From positions 283,940 through 347,939 of the forward strand of contig JBMFFR010000002.1 in the NCBI GenBank assembly GCA_051388875.1: a stretch of 64,000 nucleotides of DNA. The letters are read 5' to 3'. Positions 56,501-64,000 of this stretch are shown one piece after another (the first letter of the stretch is position 1; each line of letters starts with the position of its first letter). The translations under genes were made by a program, and so were the position numbers. The notes under the pieces are model-generated. The model had not been told where the DNA came from. It saw only the letters and a program-made list of their open reading frames with translations, and ran no database searches. This DNA comes from Candidatus Brocadiia bacterium JP1 (GTDB lineage Bacteria > Planctomycetota > Brocadiia > Brocadiales > Bathyanammoxibiaceae).

Positions 56501-57040
56501 CGAGAACGCAGGAGACAGGAACTGGAACGTCAGAAGGCACTCTCACTACAGGCCGTAGAAAGAATCACAAGCGTCCTCATCCTGCCCCACCCTGAACGTG
56601 ATAAGCCAGAGGTACGCCGCCTGAAACCAGACGCAGAGGTTGAGGCAATAGCCATGCAAGTTGCTATTGAATGCGAGAGGTCGCAAGGCCGTGCAGTAGC
56701 AGATGTCCACGAGAAAAACCTGGGATACGACCTCACCAGCCTTGATACAAGAAGCGGTAAACTCCGCCTTATTGAGGTAAAGGGAATTGGTGAGGCCACA
56801 GGAACAGTCCTGCTTACACCCAACGAGAAACGCGTGGCTGAAGACCGCAGGGACTGCTACTGGCTATACGTGGTAACCCACTGCAATACTACACCGAAGC
56901 TACAGGAACCCATCAAAGACCCTGCAAGGCTTAGCTGGCATGAGGTTAAAAAGATAGACCATTACTACATGTCAGTTGATGCATTGACACAGCCAATGGA
57001 GGTGCGGGAAGACTCACCGCCATACGAAGGCAAAACATGA
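53597..57040 (+). CDS. SNF2-family helicase with a C-terminal DUF3883 (PD-(D/E)xK nuclease-like) domain
   Basis: The helicase motifs are LLADDAGAGKT (I), VVVDEAHRM (II), LLLTATPH (III) and QRMGRIHRYGQ (VI). A long coiled-coil region follows. The C-terminus NLGYDL...LRLIEVKG...YWLYVV is typical of DUF3883. Confidence 0.88.
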   Translation: MKNMANTPPIREGQILEGSLFPEPMRVETVRPNGPDSWEVGLVGLETERFRKVPLTLDQIKTLVIQEISQSYKGDGDTLRLGLQAYMLGIAYEFDPYFGLSISRVDPLPHQLEAVYDYLLKLARIRFLLADDAGAGKTIMAGLVLRELKLRGLAERILVVCPANLTFQWQRELKEKFDEKFIVLKGDDIRDQYGINQWMEQKQIITSLDLAKRDKILPGLGQCHWHLVVVDEAHRMSWTPPSRKTERYALGELLRESSDHFLLLTATPHKGDPANFSLFLQLLDKDAYANVRSIQEAMNRRYAPFYLRRTKEAMVYFPERQPDGTWAATKIFKKRIPRTINFSIDDAEFNLYRDVTRFVKQQSTKAAAMGDDPQARAVGFLMSLFQRRLASSTYALRHSLENRADRLENSLRQARELAQVAPPELPTPEELEEMEEAERERLEEFIEAVTITRDPQQIQEEIETLNELAKQAKEVENSCVEEKLSRLKQLLQEEGFFDHPNKRLLIFTEYRDTLSYLIKNLKDWGFRVGYIHGGMKPGSRDEPGSRIYSEQQFKDGAFQVLVATDAAGEGINLQCCHVLFNYDIPWNPNRLEQRMGRIHRYGQNKDCLIFNFVAANTIEGKVLQKLLERLQEIRDALDDDSVFNVVGEILPAVQMETVLRDYYAGKLGDADLEDRILRNVKEERFRAICQNALEGLAAKKLNLEMLVERRAKAQERRVVPETIARFMRESAPLVPFTLKPVPSLPHTFDPSPTPQILRRYEKSPNWKLPALATRYPRLSADRETAENNNLEWVTPGHELFEALRQHAHATAQEAFTQGACFYSLEHTKPSKLDFYKARVVDGLGHIIHEQLFAIEVSEDDEPKLREPGFLGNLQPARAPEVLPQVVSLPEPRSWLHEQALQPFLEQARKERLEEVERISRHIELSLTELIAREDALIGRFAEEAERGVEGAAGRLKQAEDRQAELLDRRERRRQELERQKALSLQAVERITSVLILPHPERDKPEVRRLKPDAEVEAIAMQVAIECERSQGRAVADVHEKNLGYDLTSLDTRSGKLRLIEVKGIGEATGTVLLTPNEKRVAEDRRDCYWLYVVTHCNTTPKLQEPIKDPARLSWHEVKKIDHYYMSVDALTQPMEVREDSPPYEGKT

Positions 57041-58959
57041 TACCCAAAGAATGCAAACGCCTGGCGGAGGTGGATTTCCCGATTGCGGTGGTGAGCAAAC
57101 ATTCGGCACGGGAGAAGTCTATCCGCCATGGACATCCATCTACACTCCATTTGTGGTGGGCAAGGAGACCCCTCGCCGCCTGCAGGGCCATTCTCCTGGG
57201 ACTACTACTGCCCGACCCCGTAGACCCCCATTGCCCTGAGGATTTCAAGACAAAGGCAAGGGAGTTGCTCTCACAGATAGGAGGCACTGGCACCACAGAC
57301 TATGATTTACAGCGGGCACTACTGAAATTCATTGGTGACTTCGCCAACTGGGACAATTCGTCTCATGCAACATATTTAAAGGTATCAAGAGGGCTGGTGA
57401 AGGCCGCTCATGGTGAAGAACCGCCACTGGTGGTTGACCCCTTCGCCGGGGGAGGCTCCGTACCCCTTGAGGCCCTGAGGTTAGGTTGCGAAGCCTTTGC
57501 AAGCGACATTAATCCTGTGGCCTGTCTAATCCTGAAGGTAATGCTGGAGGATATTCCACGTCATGGCCCAAAACTGGCAGAGGAACTCAGGCGTGTGGGT
57601 GCAGAGATCAAAAGAGAGGCAGAAAAGGAACTCGCAGAGTTTTATCCAAGAGACCCTGATGGTTCAACCCCGATAGCCTATTTATGGGCAAGGACGGTCA
57701 GGTGCGAGTCGCCTAATTGCGGTGCAGAAATTCCACTGGTTAGGTCTTTCTGGCTGTGTAAAAAGGCCAATAGGAAGAGGGCATTACGCCCCGTTGTCTC
57801 CCCCCTCACCCCAAACCCTCTCCCTGCGGGAGAGGGAAGGGTGATGGAAATCCCTTCTGTTGACTTTGAGATATTTGAGCCAGAATCTGATAAGGACGTA
57901 CCCAATGGTACAGTAAACCGTGCAAAGGCTACCTGCCTCTGCTGTAGTACCGTCCTTCCACCAGACCGTGTCCGTGCCCAGTTAAGGGAACAAAGGGGAG
58001 GGGCAGATGTGGTCTTTGAACCCTCCCCCTCCGGGGGAGGGAAGGGTGAGGGAGAACCCCCCCTCCCCAAACGCATCAGCGGTGCAAGGCTCCTGGCCGT
58101 GGTTACTCTAAGACCCGGTGAACAGGGCAGACACTACCGCCTGCCTACCGAACAAGATTACCTGGCAGTCTGGAAGGCACAACGCAAGCTCAGGGAAATC
58201 CTGGACGAGTGGGAGCGGGAAGGCAGAAAGGGCCTCTGCCCCGTACCAGATGAGTCAAGCCCGGAAGGTGGAGGGTCCGGTGCTGGGCGAGCTTTCTCTG
58301 TTCGCAAGTACGGCATGAATACCTTTGGGGATCTCTTCATGGCGAGGCAGAAGGTGGGGATGGTGATATTGATAAAGTACACAAAAAAACAGATAAATTC
58401 AGAAGTCACACCTATTCTTGGTCTATTGCTTGGGAAGTCGGCTGATGGTAATAATTCGCTTTCACGTTGGATGGCAGGTTACGAAAATCCGGTAAACCTG
58501 TTTTCTCGTCAAGCGATGCCTATTGTCTGGGATTTTTGTGAATCTACTCCAACTAGTGAAGCTCGTGGAGTCTTTTTAGCCGGCATTTATAGTGCTCAAG
58601 AAGTTATTGATACAAATCATTTCATTGATTCCGGTCAGGTTCAAAAAGTAAATGCTTCTCAAATACTGTTACCTAATGATGCTTGCAATGTTTGGTTTAC
58701 CGATCCACCTTACTACGATGCTATACCTTATTCAGATTTATCTGACTTCTTCTTTGTATGGTTAAAACGAGCTTTGCCAGGTCATCCTCTCCTATGTGAT
58801 CCATTCGATTTGACAAACCCTTTAACGCCCAAGGTGCAAGAAATTGTTCAGGATGAGACTAACAGTTTGATGGGAGGCCAAAAGACAGACAGTTCTTTGA
58901 AGACAGGATGGCCTGTGCCTTTGCTGAAGGACGGAGGATATTACGAGATGATGGGGTAG
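57037..58959 (+). CDS. DUF1156-domain DNA methyltransferase, N-terminal ~2/3 (gene interrupted by a frameshift)
   Basis: DUF1156 N-terminus: DFPIAVVSKHSAREKSIRHGHPSTLHLWWARRPLAACRA. SAM motif I: VVDPFAGGGS. Zn-ribbon cysteines: CESPNC...CLCC. Catalytic motif IV: FTDPPYYDAIPYSDLSDFF. It overlaps the helicase stop by 4 nt. Confidence 0.85.
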   Translation: MIPKECKRLAEVDFPIAVVSKHSAREKSIRHGHPSTLHLWWARRPLAACRAILLGLLLPDPVDPHCPEDFKTKARELLSQIGGTGTTDYDLQRALLKFIGDFANWDNSSHATYLKVSRGLVKAAHGEEPPLVVDPFAGGGSVPLEALRLGCEAFASDINPVACLILKVMLEDIPRHGPKLAEELRRVGAEIKREAEKELAEFYPRDPDGSTPIAYLWARTVRCESPNCGAEIPLVRSFWLCKKANRKRALRPVVSPLTPNPLPAGEGRVMEIPSVDFEIFEPESDKDVPNGTVNRAKATCLCCSTVLPPDRVRAQLREQRGGADVVFEPSPSGGGKGEGEPPLPKRISGARLLAVVTLRPGEQGRHYRLPTEQDYLAVWKAQRKLREILDEWEREGRKGLCPVPDESSPEGGGSGAGRAFSVRKYGMNTFGDLFMARQKVGMVILIKYTKKQINSEVTPILGLLLGKSADGNNSLSRWMAGYENPVNLFSRQAMPIVWDFCESTPTSEARGVFLAGIYSAQEVIDTNHFIDSGQVQKVNASQILLPNDACNVWFTDPPYYDAIPYSDLSDFFFVWLKRALPGHPLLCDPFDLTNPLTPKVQEIVQDETNSLMGGQKTDSSLKTGWPVPLLKDGGYYEMMG

Positions 58960-60131
58960 GTTGTGTGGTATTTGCCCACAAGACCACTGAAGGCTGGGAG
59001 GCCCTTCTAACTGGCATGATTCGGGGTGGCTGGACAATTACTGGTTCCTGGCCCATTCTTACCGAGATGGGAAGTCGCCTCCGTGCCCGTGAATCCGCGG
59101 CCCTTGCTACCAGCGTCCACCTTATCTGCCGCCCGAGGCCTGACAATGCCCCGGTGGGCGATTGGGGAGAGAAACTTCATGAACTTCCCAATCGCATAGG
59201 GGATTGGATGGAGAGGCTCTCTGGTGAGGGCATAAGGGGTGCCGATTTGGTCTTCGCCTGTATTGGCCCTGCGCTGGAATTATTCAGCAAATATTCTAAA
59301 GTAGAAACTGCGGAAGGGCGTACGGTGGAACTGCCCGAATTCCTTGAGAAGGTGTGGGAGGTGGTGGGGCGAACTGCCCTTGGTCAAATACTTGGCACTG
59401 CAGAGGCACGGGCACGCAATAGCGCCGCCGGCGCCCTTGAAGAGGACGCACGCCTCACCGCCCTATTCCTCTGGACACTTCAGTCCACAGAGGTAGGACA
59501 GGCAGGATGCCTGTCACCAAATAACAGCGAGATTGACGAAGGGGAAGAGGCTGAAGAGGAACCAGATGAGGAAGAGGCCCAAAAAAGTAAGGGGAAGAAG
59601 GGCCAGAGCTTGATATTTGATGTGGTACGACGTTTCGCCCAACCCCTTGGTATTCATCTTCAGATATGGGAGGGCCGAATAATTGAGACAGAGAAGGGTA
59701 TTGTGCGTCTGCTATCTGTGAAAGAGAGGGCCAGGCAATTGTTTGGAGAAGACGGGGCCTCTGCCATTGCAGACCAGATAGAACACAGTACGCCGGATCC
59801 CCTACAACAGCTACTCTCCTTTGCTAAAAAAGGGGTTGATGACGTTCCAAGAATCCTGGGCAAGGGCAAGGCCAGGGGTAGAAAGACCGGGACAGGTCTA
59901 GAAAAGGACTTGCAAACAAGGCAAGAAGCTACTACCTTAGACAGGGTGCATGCGGCAATGTTATTACAGGCGAGCGGACGGGCAAACGCACTGAAGGCAC
60001 TCTTAAAGGCAGAGCAACAACGAGGCCCTGATTTTCTAAGGCTCGCCAACGCCCTCTCTGCCCTGTATCCAAAAGATAGTGAGGAAAAACGCCTATTGGA
60101 TGCTATGCTACTGGCCGTGCCTCGTACATGA
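58908..60131 (+). CDS. DUF1156-type methyltransferase, C-terminal ~1/3 (continuation in the -1 frame)
   Basis: This frame is open from 58863 and encodes ..GRPKDRQFFEDRMACAFAEGRRILRDDGVGCVVFAHKTTEGWEALLTGMIRGGWTITGSWPILTE. That is the region that normally follows the DPPY motif in these enzymes. Confidence 0.8.
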   Translation: MACAFAEGRRILRDDGVGCVVFAHKTTEGWEALLTGMIRGGWTITGSWPILTEMGSRLRARESAALATSVHLICRPRPDNAPVGDWGEKLHELPNRIGDWMERLSGEGIRGADLVFACIGPALELFSKYSKVETAEGRTVELPEFLEKVWEVVGRTALGQILGTAEARARNSAAGALEEDARLTALFLWTLQSTEVGQAGCLSPNNSEIDEGEEAEEEPDEEEAQKSKGKKGQSLIFDVVRRFAQPLGIHLQIWEGRIIETEKGIVRLLSVKERARQLFGEDGASAIADQIEHSTPDPLQQLLSFAKKGVDDVPRILGKGKARGRKTGTGLEKDLQTRQEATTLDRVHAAMLLQASGRANALKALLKAEQQRGPDFLRLANALSALYPKDSEEKRLLDAMLLAVPRT

Positions 60132-60192
60132 TTTCATACTAGTAAAGATTTAATGACACACGGAACCAGTTAAGGGAGAAAAAGGGGAAAGC

Positions 60193-60474
60193 GTGCTTAA
60201 GCGAATCTTGGACCAAATGAAGGATAAGATTCGCAGGCGATTGTATGTCATGACGCTTCATGCTGAAGAAGAAATGAATGAAGATGGTTTGACGATTTAC
60301 GATGTTGAAAGTAGTATTCTCACCGGGGAGATACTTGAACGCCAGAAGGACAGAGTGACTTCAGAATGGAAATACCGAATTAGCGGGCATGCCGTTTCAG
60401 GTGGTAAGGTTGAGGTGATTGTGAAGTTAAGTCCAACTGGCAAGTTGGTCATTATTACTGTTTATATCCCATAA
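60193..60474 (+). CDS. DUF4258-family putative toxin
   Basis: The 93-aa product has LHAEEEMNEDGLTIYDVESSILTGEILE, matching the DUF4258 pattern (H..eRM..r.I....v..vl..G). Confidence 0.7.
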   Translation: MLKRILDQMKDKIRRRLYVMTLHAEEEMNEDGLTIYDVESSILTGEILERQKDRVTSEWKYRISGHAVSGGKVEVIVKLSPTGKLVIITVYIP

Positions 60475-60491
60475 AAACTGGAGGGGATCAG

Positions 60492-60719
60492 ATGTTATGT
60501 GACATTTGCGGGCAAGAAAGCGTACGTATCCGCCGGGTGGCCAGGACATACGGAAAGGGTAGGCATATACTAGTAATAGAAAACGTTCCGATAGTGAGTT
60601 GTCCGCACTGTGGGGAAAGCTACCTAACAGCAGAGACGCTTCAGGCAATAGAGCGCATTAAACTTCATCGGAGGAGCCTGGCGGTGGAACGGCCTGTGGA
60701 AGTAGTTAGCTTCGTATAG
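60492..60719 (+). CDS. YgiT-type zinc-finger protein (MqsA-N-like putative antitoxin)
   Basis: The 75-aa product has CDICG...x24...CPHCGESYL, the YgiT-type pattern. It is paired with the DUF4258 gene. Confidence 0.7.
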   Translation: MLCDICGQESVRIRRVARTYGKGRHILVIENVPIVSCPHCGESYLTAETLQAIERIKLHRRSLAVERPVEVVSFV

Positions 60720-60786
60720 AAATGCAAAATGAATCCTGACACACCTGCCTGTCAGTGGAATATAACTTAATAAGAGGTAAATAGAT

Positions 60787-63543
60787 ATGGAACCCTGGTA
60801 TAAGGTCGTAACCCCCAGAAAAGAGGTACGAGAGGGAAGGTCATTTAACCCCGATGAGTTTGCCATTGCCTTAGAACAGGTGGTGGCTGGTACTGCCCCA
60901 GAAGACTATAGTAACCCTTCTAAGTTCTTCTCCCGCACCTGCTTCACACGTGCCCTCCGTGAACATACCGGGATGGTGCTCCGCCGCCTATCAGGAAGGA
61001 CAGAGAATGCTGCGCCCGTCTTAATGCTTATCACGCAGTTTGGAGGTGGTAAGACTCACACGTTAACCGCCCTCTACCACATGGTGCAAAATGGAAATGA
61101 ATTGCAGAAGGAAGAGGGTATAAAGAATCTCCTTAAAGAGGCAGGGCTTTCTAGCCTACCGCAGGCAAAGGTCGCCGTCTTTGTGGGAAATGCCTGGGAC
61201 CCACAGGAAGGTCGTGAGACACCATGGGTTGATGTAGCACGACAGCTTGCCGGCGATGCTGGGGTAGCCGTCCTGGGTAAGGCCTCCAGAGAGGTACCCC
61301 CCGGCACTGAAACACTGGGTAATCTCTTTCAGGCTGCGGGTGGCAGGGCCTTAATCTTGTTTGATGAGGTACTAAACTTCTTTAACCGCCACCGCAGTAT
61401 GGCAGAGGGCTTCTACGCCTTTGTGCAGAATCTCACTGTGGCCATGACTGGAAGTAGTCATTGCTCGGCGGTGGTAAGTTTACCCAGAAGTCAGGTTGAG
61501 ATGACGGACTGGGACTTTCAATGGCAGGAGAAGATTACGAAGGTCATAAGGCGGGTGGCCAAGGACCTTATCGTTGCCGATGAGGCAGAAATAAGTGAAG
61601 TGCTCAGAAAACGACTGTTTGAAGACATCGGAAACGAACGGGTAAGGAAGAATGTATCAAGGACCTATGCGGACTGGTGCTTTGAGCGTAGGGCCCAACT
61701 ACCACCTGAGTGGACTGCCGTGGACACTGCCACTACAGAGGCTAAGGCTAAAGAGTTCTTGAGGTCTCAATTTGAGGCCTGTTATCCGTTCCATCCTGCA
61801 ACCCTTTCTGTATTTAGGCGTAAATGGGCCGCCCTGGCTCAGTATCAGCAGACCCGTGGCACTTTAGCCATGCTTGCCCAATGGATTTCCAGGGCGTCTC
61901 AAAAGGGTTCTCGTACAGCCCGCAAAGAACCACTGATTACCATTGGCTCGGCCCCCATGGATGTCCCCGAATTCAGGGCTACCGTTCTGGGACAGTTGGG
62001 TGAGACCCGTCTCGTTCATGCCATAGATGCCGATATAACTGGCACCCAGAGCCATGCAAGGGCATTAGACATAGATACAAAAGGGGCCTTGCGTGACATA
62101 CACTGGCGCGTGGCTGTGGCCATACTCTTTGAATCCTCCGGCGGTCAGGCCGATAAGGTTGCCCATCTACCAGAGCTACGTTTTGCCCTTGGTGAACCAG
62201 AAATAGAGACGACCTCCATTGACAACGCCGCCATTGAACTTGAAAGGAAGGGGTTCTATCTGCGTAAAGTAGGGCCGGATGGCTTTCGTTTCGGTTACAA
62301 ACCCACACTCAAAAAGGTCGTAAATGATAGGCGTGCCTCCCTTGACCCGGAGGAGATAAAAAGAGAGACCAGTGTCATTGTGAGAAAGGAGTTTGGTAAG
62401 GGCACAAGTGTACCTCTGGTCTTCTTTCCCGAAGATGGCACAACCATGCAGGACACCCCGAAACTCACTATAGTAATAATGCACCCCGAAGCCGAATGGG
62501 AAGGAGAGGGGACTACGCGTGTCCGCATAGCCGAATGGACGAGGCAAAGAGGTAAATCCCCTCGCCTTTACCCTGGCTCTCTTATCTGGTGCATCAGGCG
62601 ACCGGGGCGTGACCTCTTTGAGAAGGTAGAGATTTTACTAGCCTGGAAACGTGTGGAAAGGGAACTTAAAGAAGGTATCCTGGGGGGAGAGTTTGAGCGT
62701 TCCGAACGTGCTGAGGTGGAGTCAAAAGTGAGTGATGCGGGTGAGGCAGTAGTGGACGAGGTGTGGGCGAGCTTTCGTTTCGTTGCATTATACGATAGCA
62801 AAGAACCAGACGGTTTAAGGGAAATTAACCTGGGGGCAGGACACGCAAGTAGTGCAGAGACCCTTTGTGGACGCATTATAACTGCCCTCAAGTCTAACCA
62901 ACTATTAAACGAATCCGTTGGTGCAGGCTACATTGAACGCAACTGGCCCCCTGCACTGAAGGAATCCGGTGCCTGGCCCCTTTCAAGCCTCAGGCAGAGT
63001 TTTCTTAATGGGGCACTCACACGGCTCTTGGACCCGGATTCAGTATTGTGTGGGAAGATTATGGGCTTTTTAAGTCATGGGGAGTTTGGACTGGCCTCGG
63101 GAAAGAAACCTGAAGAAGGCTACAACAGGGTGTGGTTCAGTGAGTTAATCTCTCCAGATGATATTCTCTTTGAAGCAGATGTCTATTTACTCACAAAGGA
63201 GAAGGCAAAAAAATTAAAGGCACCATCCGAACCCATTGGGCCAGTGCCAGCCCAACCAGAAAAAGAAGAAAAGCCTCAACAAGCCATTCCAAAAGCCGAA
63301 ACTCCAGTAGAAGAGACAGCTGGCAAGAAAATTGTTTACATAAGGGGCAATATCCCACCAGAATTGTGGAATCGCCTGGGCACAAAGCTTATCCCAAAAC
63401 TAAGGGCAAGTACCAGCGTACAATATGGTATAAACTTCGTCGTGGAACTAGACCTCAAATCAGCCTTAATGCTTAAAGCAGAAATTGACCAGGTTTTGAA
63501 AGACCTCAATTTGTCAGATAGCGTTCATGCAGAAATTAAGTAA
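60787..63543 (+). CDS. DUF499-family ATPase
   Basis: It has the N-terminus MEPWYKVVTPRKEVREGRSFNPDEFAIALEQVV, Walker A TQFGGGKTHTL and Walker B ALILFDEVLNF. Length is 918 aa. Confidence 0.85.
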   Translation: MEPWYKVVTPRKEVREGRSFNPDEFAIALEQVVAGTAPEDYSNPSKFFSRTCFTRALREHTGMVLRRLSGRTENAAPVLMLITQFGGGKTHTLTALYHMVQNGNELQKEEGIKNLLKEAGLSSLPQAKVAVFVGNAWDPQEGRETPWVDVARQLAGDAGVAVLGKASREVPPGTETLGNLFQAAGGRALILFDEVLNFFNRHRSMAEGFYAFVQNLTVAMTGSSHCSAVVSLPRSQVEMTDWDFQWQEKITKVIRRVAKDLIVADEAEISEVLRKRLFEDIGNERVRKNVSRTYADWCFERRAQLPPEWTAVDTATTEAKAKEFLRSQFEACYPFHPATLSVFRRKWAALAQYQQTRGTLAMLAQWISRASQKGSRTARKEPLITIGSAPMDVPEFRATVLGQLGETRLVHAIDADITGTQSHARALDIDTKGALRDIHWRVAVAILFESSGGQADKVAHLPELRFALGEPEIETTSIDNAAIELERKGFYLRKVGPDGFRFGYKPTLKKVVNDRRASLDPEEIKRETSVIVRKEFGKGTSVPLVFFPEDGTTMQDTPKLTIVIMHPEAEWEGEGTTRVRIAEWTRQRGKSPRLYPGSLIWCIRRPGRDLFEKVEILLAWKRVERELKEGILGGEFERSERAEVESKVSDAGEAVVDEVWASFRFVALYDSKEPDGLREINLGAGHASSAETLCGRIITALKSNQLLNESVGAGYIERNWPPALKESGAWPLSSLRQSFLNGALTRLLDPDSVLCGKIMGFLSHGEFGLASGKKPEEGYNRVWFSELISPDDILFEADVYLLTKEKAKKLKAPSEPIGPVPAQPEKEEKPQQAIPKAETPVEETAGKKIVYIRGNIPPELWNRLGTKLIPKLRASTSVQYGINFVVELDLKSALMLKAEIDQVLKDLNLSDSVHAEIK

Positions 63544-64000
63544 GGGCAAGTACAATTATTTATGTAAAAATATAGAGGCATAAGAACCTCCTGAATTATG
63601 TTAGGCCACAGCCTTCATGGGGTAGAGTTTCTCTTTCGGTGGTTGAGATGACTCAATATTCTGAGGGTTATCTTTATTCCATACCACCTTTTTAAGGCGA
63701 TTATTAACGTGGCAATGCAAAGAAGAAAATAACAGGGTAATCACGGTATGATTATGAAATATCGCAAAACTGTGTTTTATCCCGCTATCTGTTTTACAAA
63801 AGGCACTCCTTTGTTAAGCCTGAGCCGCCCACTAGCACTGTCAGCCCCTTCTTATGCCTCTCTATGAGTGGATTGAATTTTACTCTGTAATTGCCGTGTT
63901 GACAAGGGTTGTCTCTTGACAATTCTTCTCTGTAGTTGTAACCTATTGAATTAATTGGAGATAACAGGTGTTTACCAGGACCCAAAAAGAAGGAATTTAC

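Noticed and set aside
63967-64000. A possible start of a new gene at the window end (GTG after GGAG, translating to VFTRTQKEGIY)
   Set aside because: Only 11 codons are visible, too few to support a call. The 63-aa minus-strand ORF 63794-63985 is also unsupported.

Overview
This is a bacterial chromosomal segment that mixes housekeeping genes with accessory islets. I cannot assign the lineage from sequence alone. Its intergenic DNA is crowded with several families of short GC-rich hairpin repeats and with dead mobile-element fragments.

Gene order, left to right:
- A partial RND adaptor and an AcrB-type pump, packed tightly against cbiG-cbiH-cbiJ.
- A small membrane protein, an FmdE-like protein, a TPR protein and an alpha/beta hydrolase.
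- A lipoprotein and a 1068-aa multidomain S8 subtilase.
- An IS256-type transposase remnant surrounded by repeat clutter.
- A module of sulfatase-like membrane protein, SAM methyltransferase and a 71-aa peptide.
- Two integrase 3' remnants bracketing a DnaJ-domain module.
- An orphan ABC permease and a MATE pump.
- leuS, whose last ~30 codons occur three times in tandem. Toxin-antitoxin cassettes (RelE-type, MNT/HEPN) sit between the copies, followed by an EVE-nuclease gene.
- holA, tal, an HD hydrolase, cysS and ino1.

Best candidate for something new (38.4-42.4 kb): a family-1 encapsulin shell gene that carries its own Sec-type signal peptide. It lies 3 nt upstream of an exported fusion of a two-domain, four-copper multicopper oxidase with an octahaem (8 x CxxCH) HAO-like cytochrome c.

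The rest of the window contains:
- 5-FTHF cyclo-ligase-like, murQ and anmK genes, then a tRNA 3' fragment.
- Two highly repetitive beta-propeller surface proteins. One is split by a G7 homopolymer.
- hicBA and a lexA-orf83-dinB operon with a GGTAC-N4-GTACC operator.
- A helicase/methylase/ATPase defence locus (SNF2+DUF3883, DUF1156, DUF499). Its methylase is frameshifted and carries two in-frame hairpin-repeat insertions. A DUF4258/YgiT toxin-antitoxin pair is nested inside the locus.

All family assignments come from motif recognition by eye. No database search was run.
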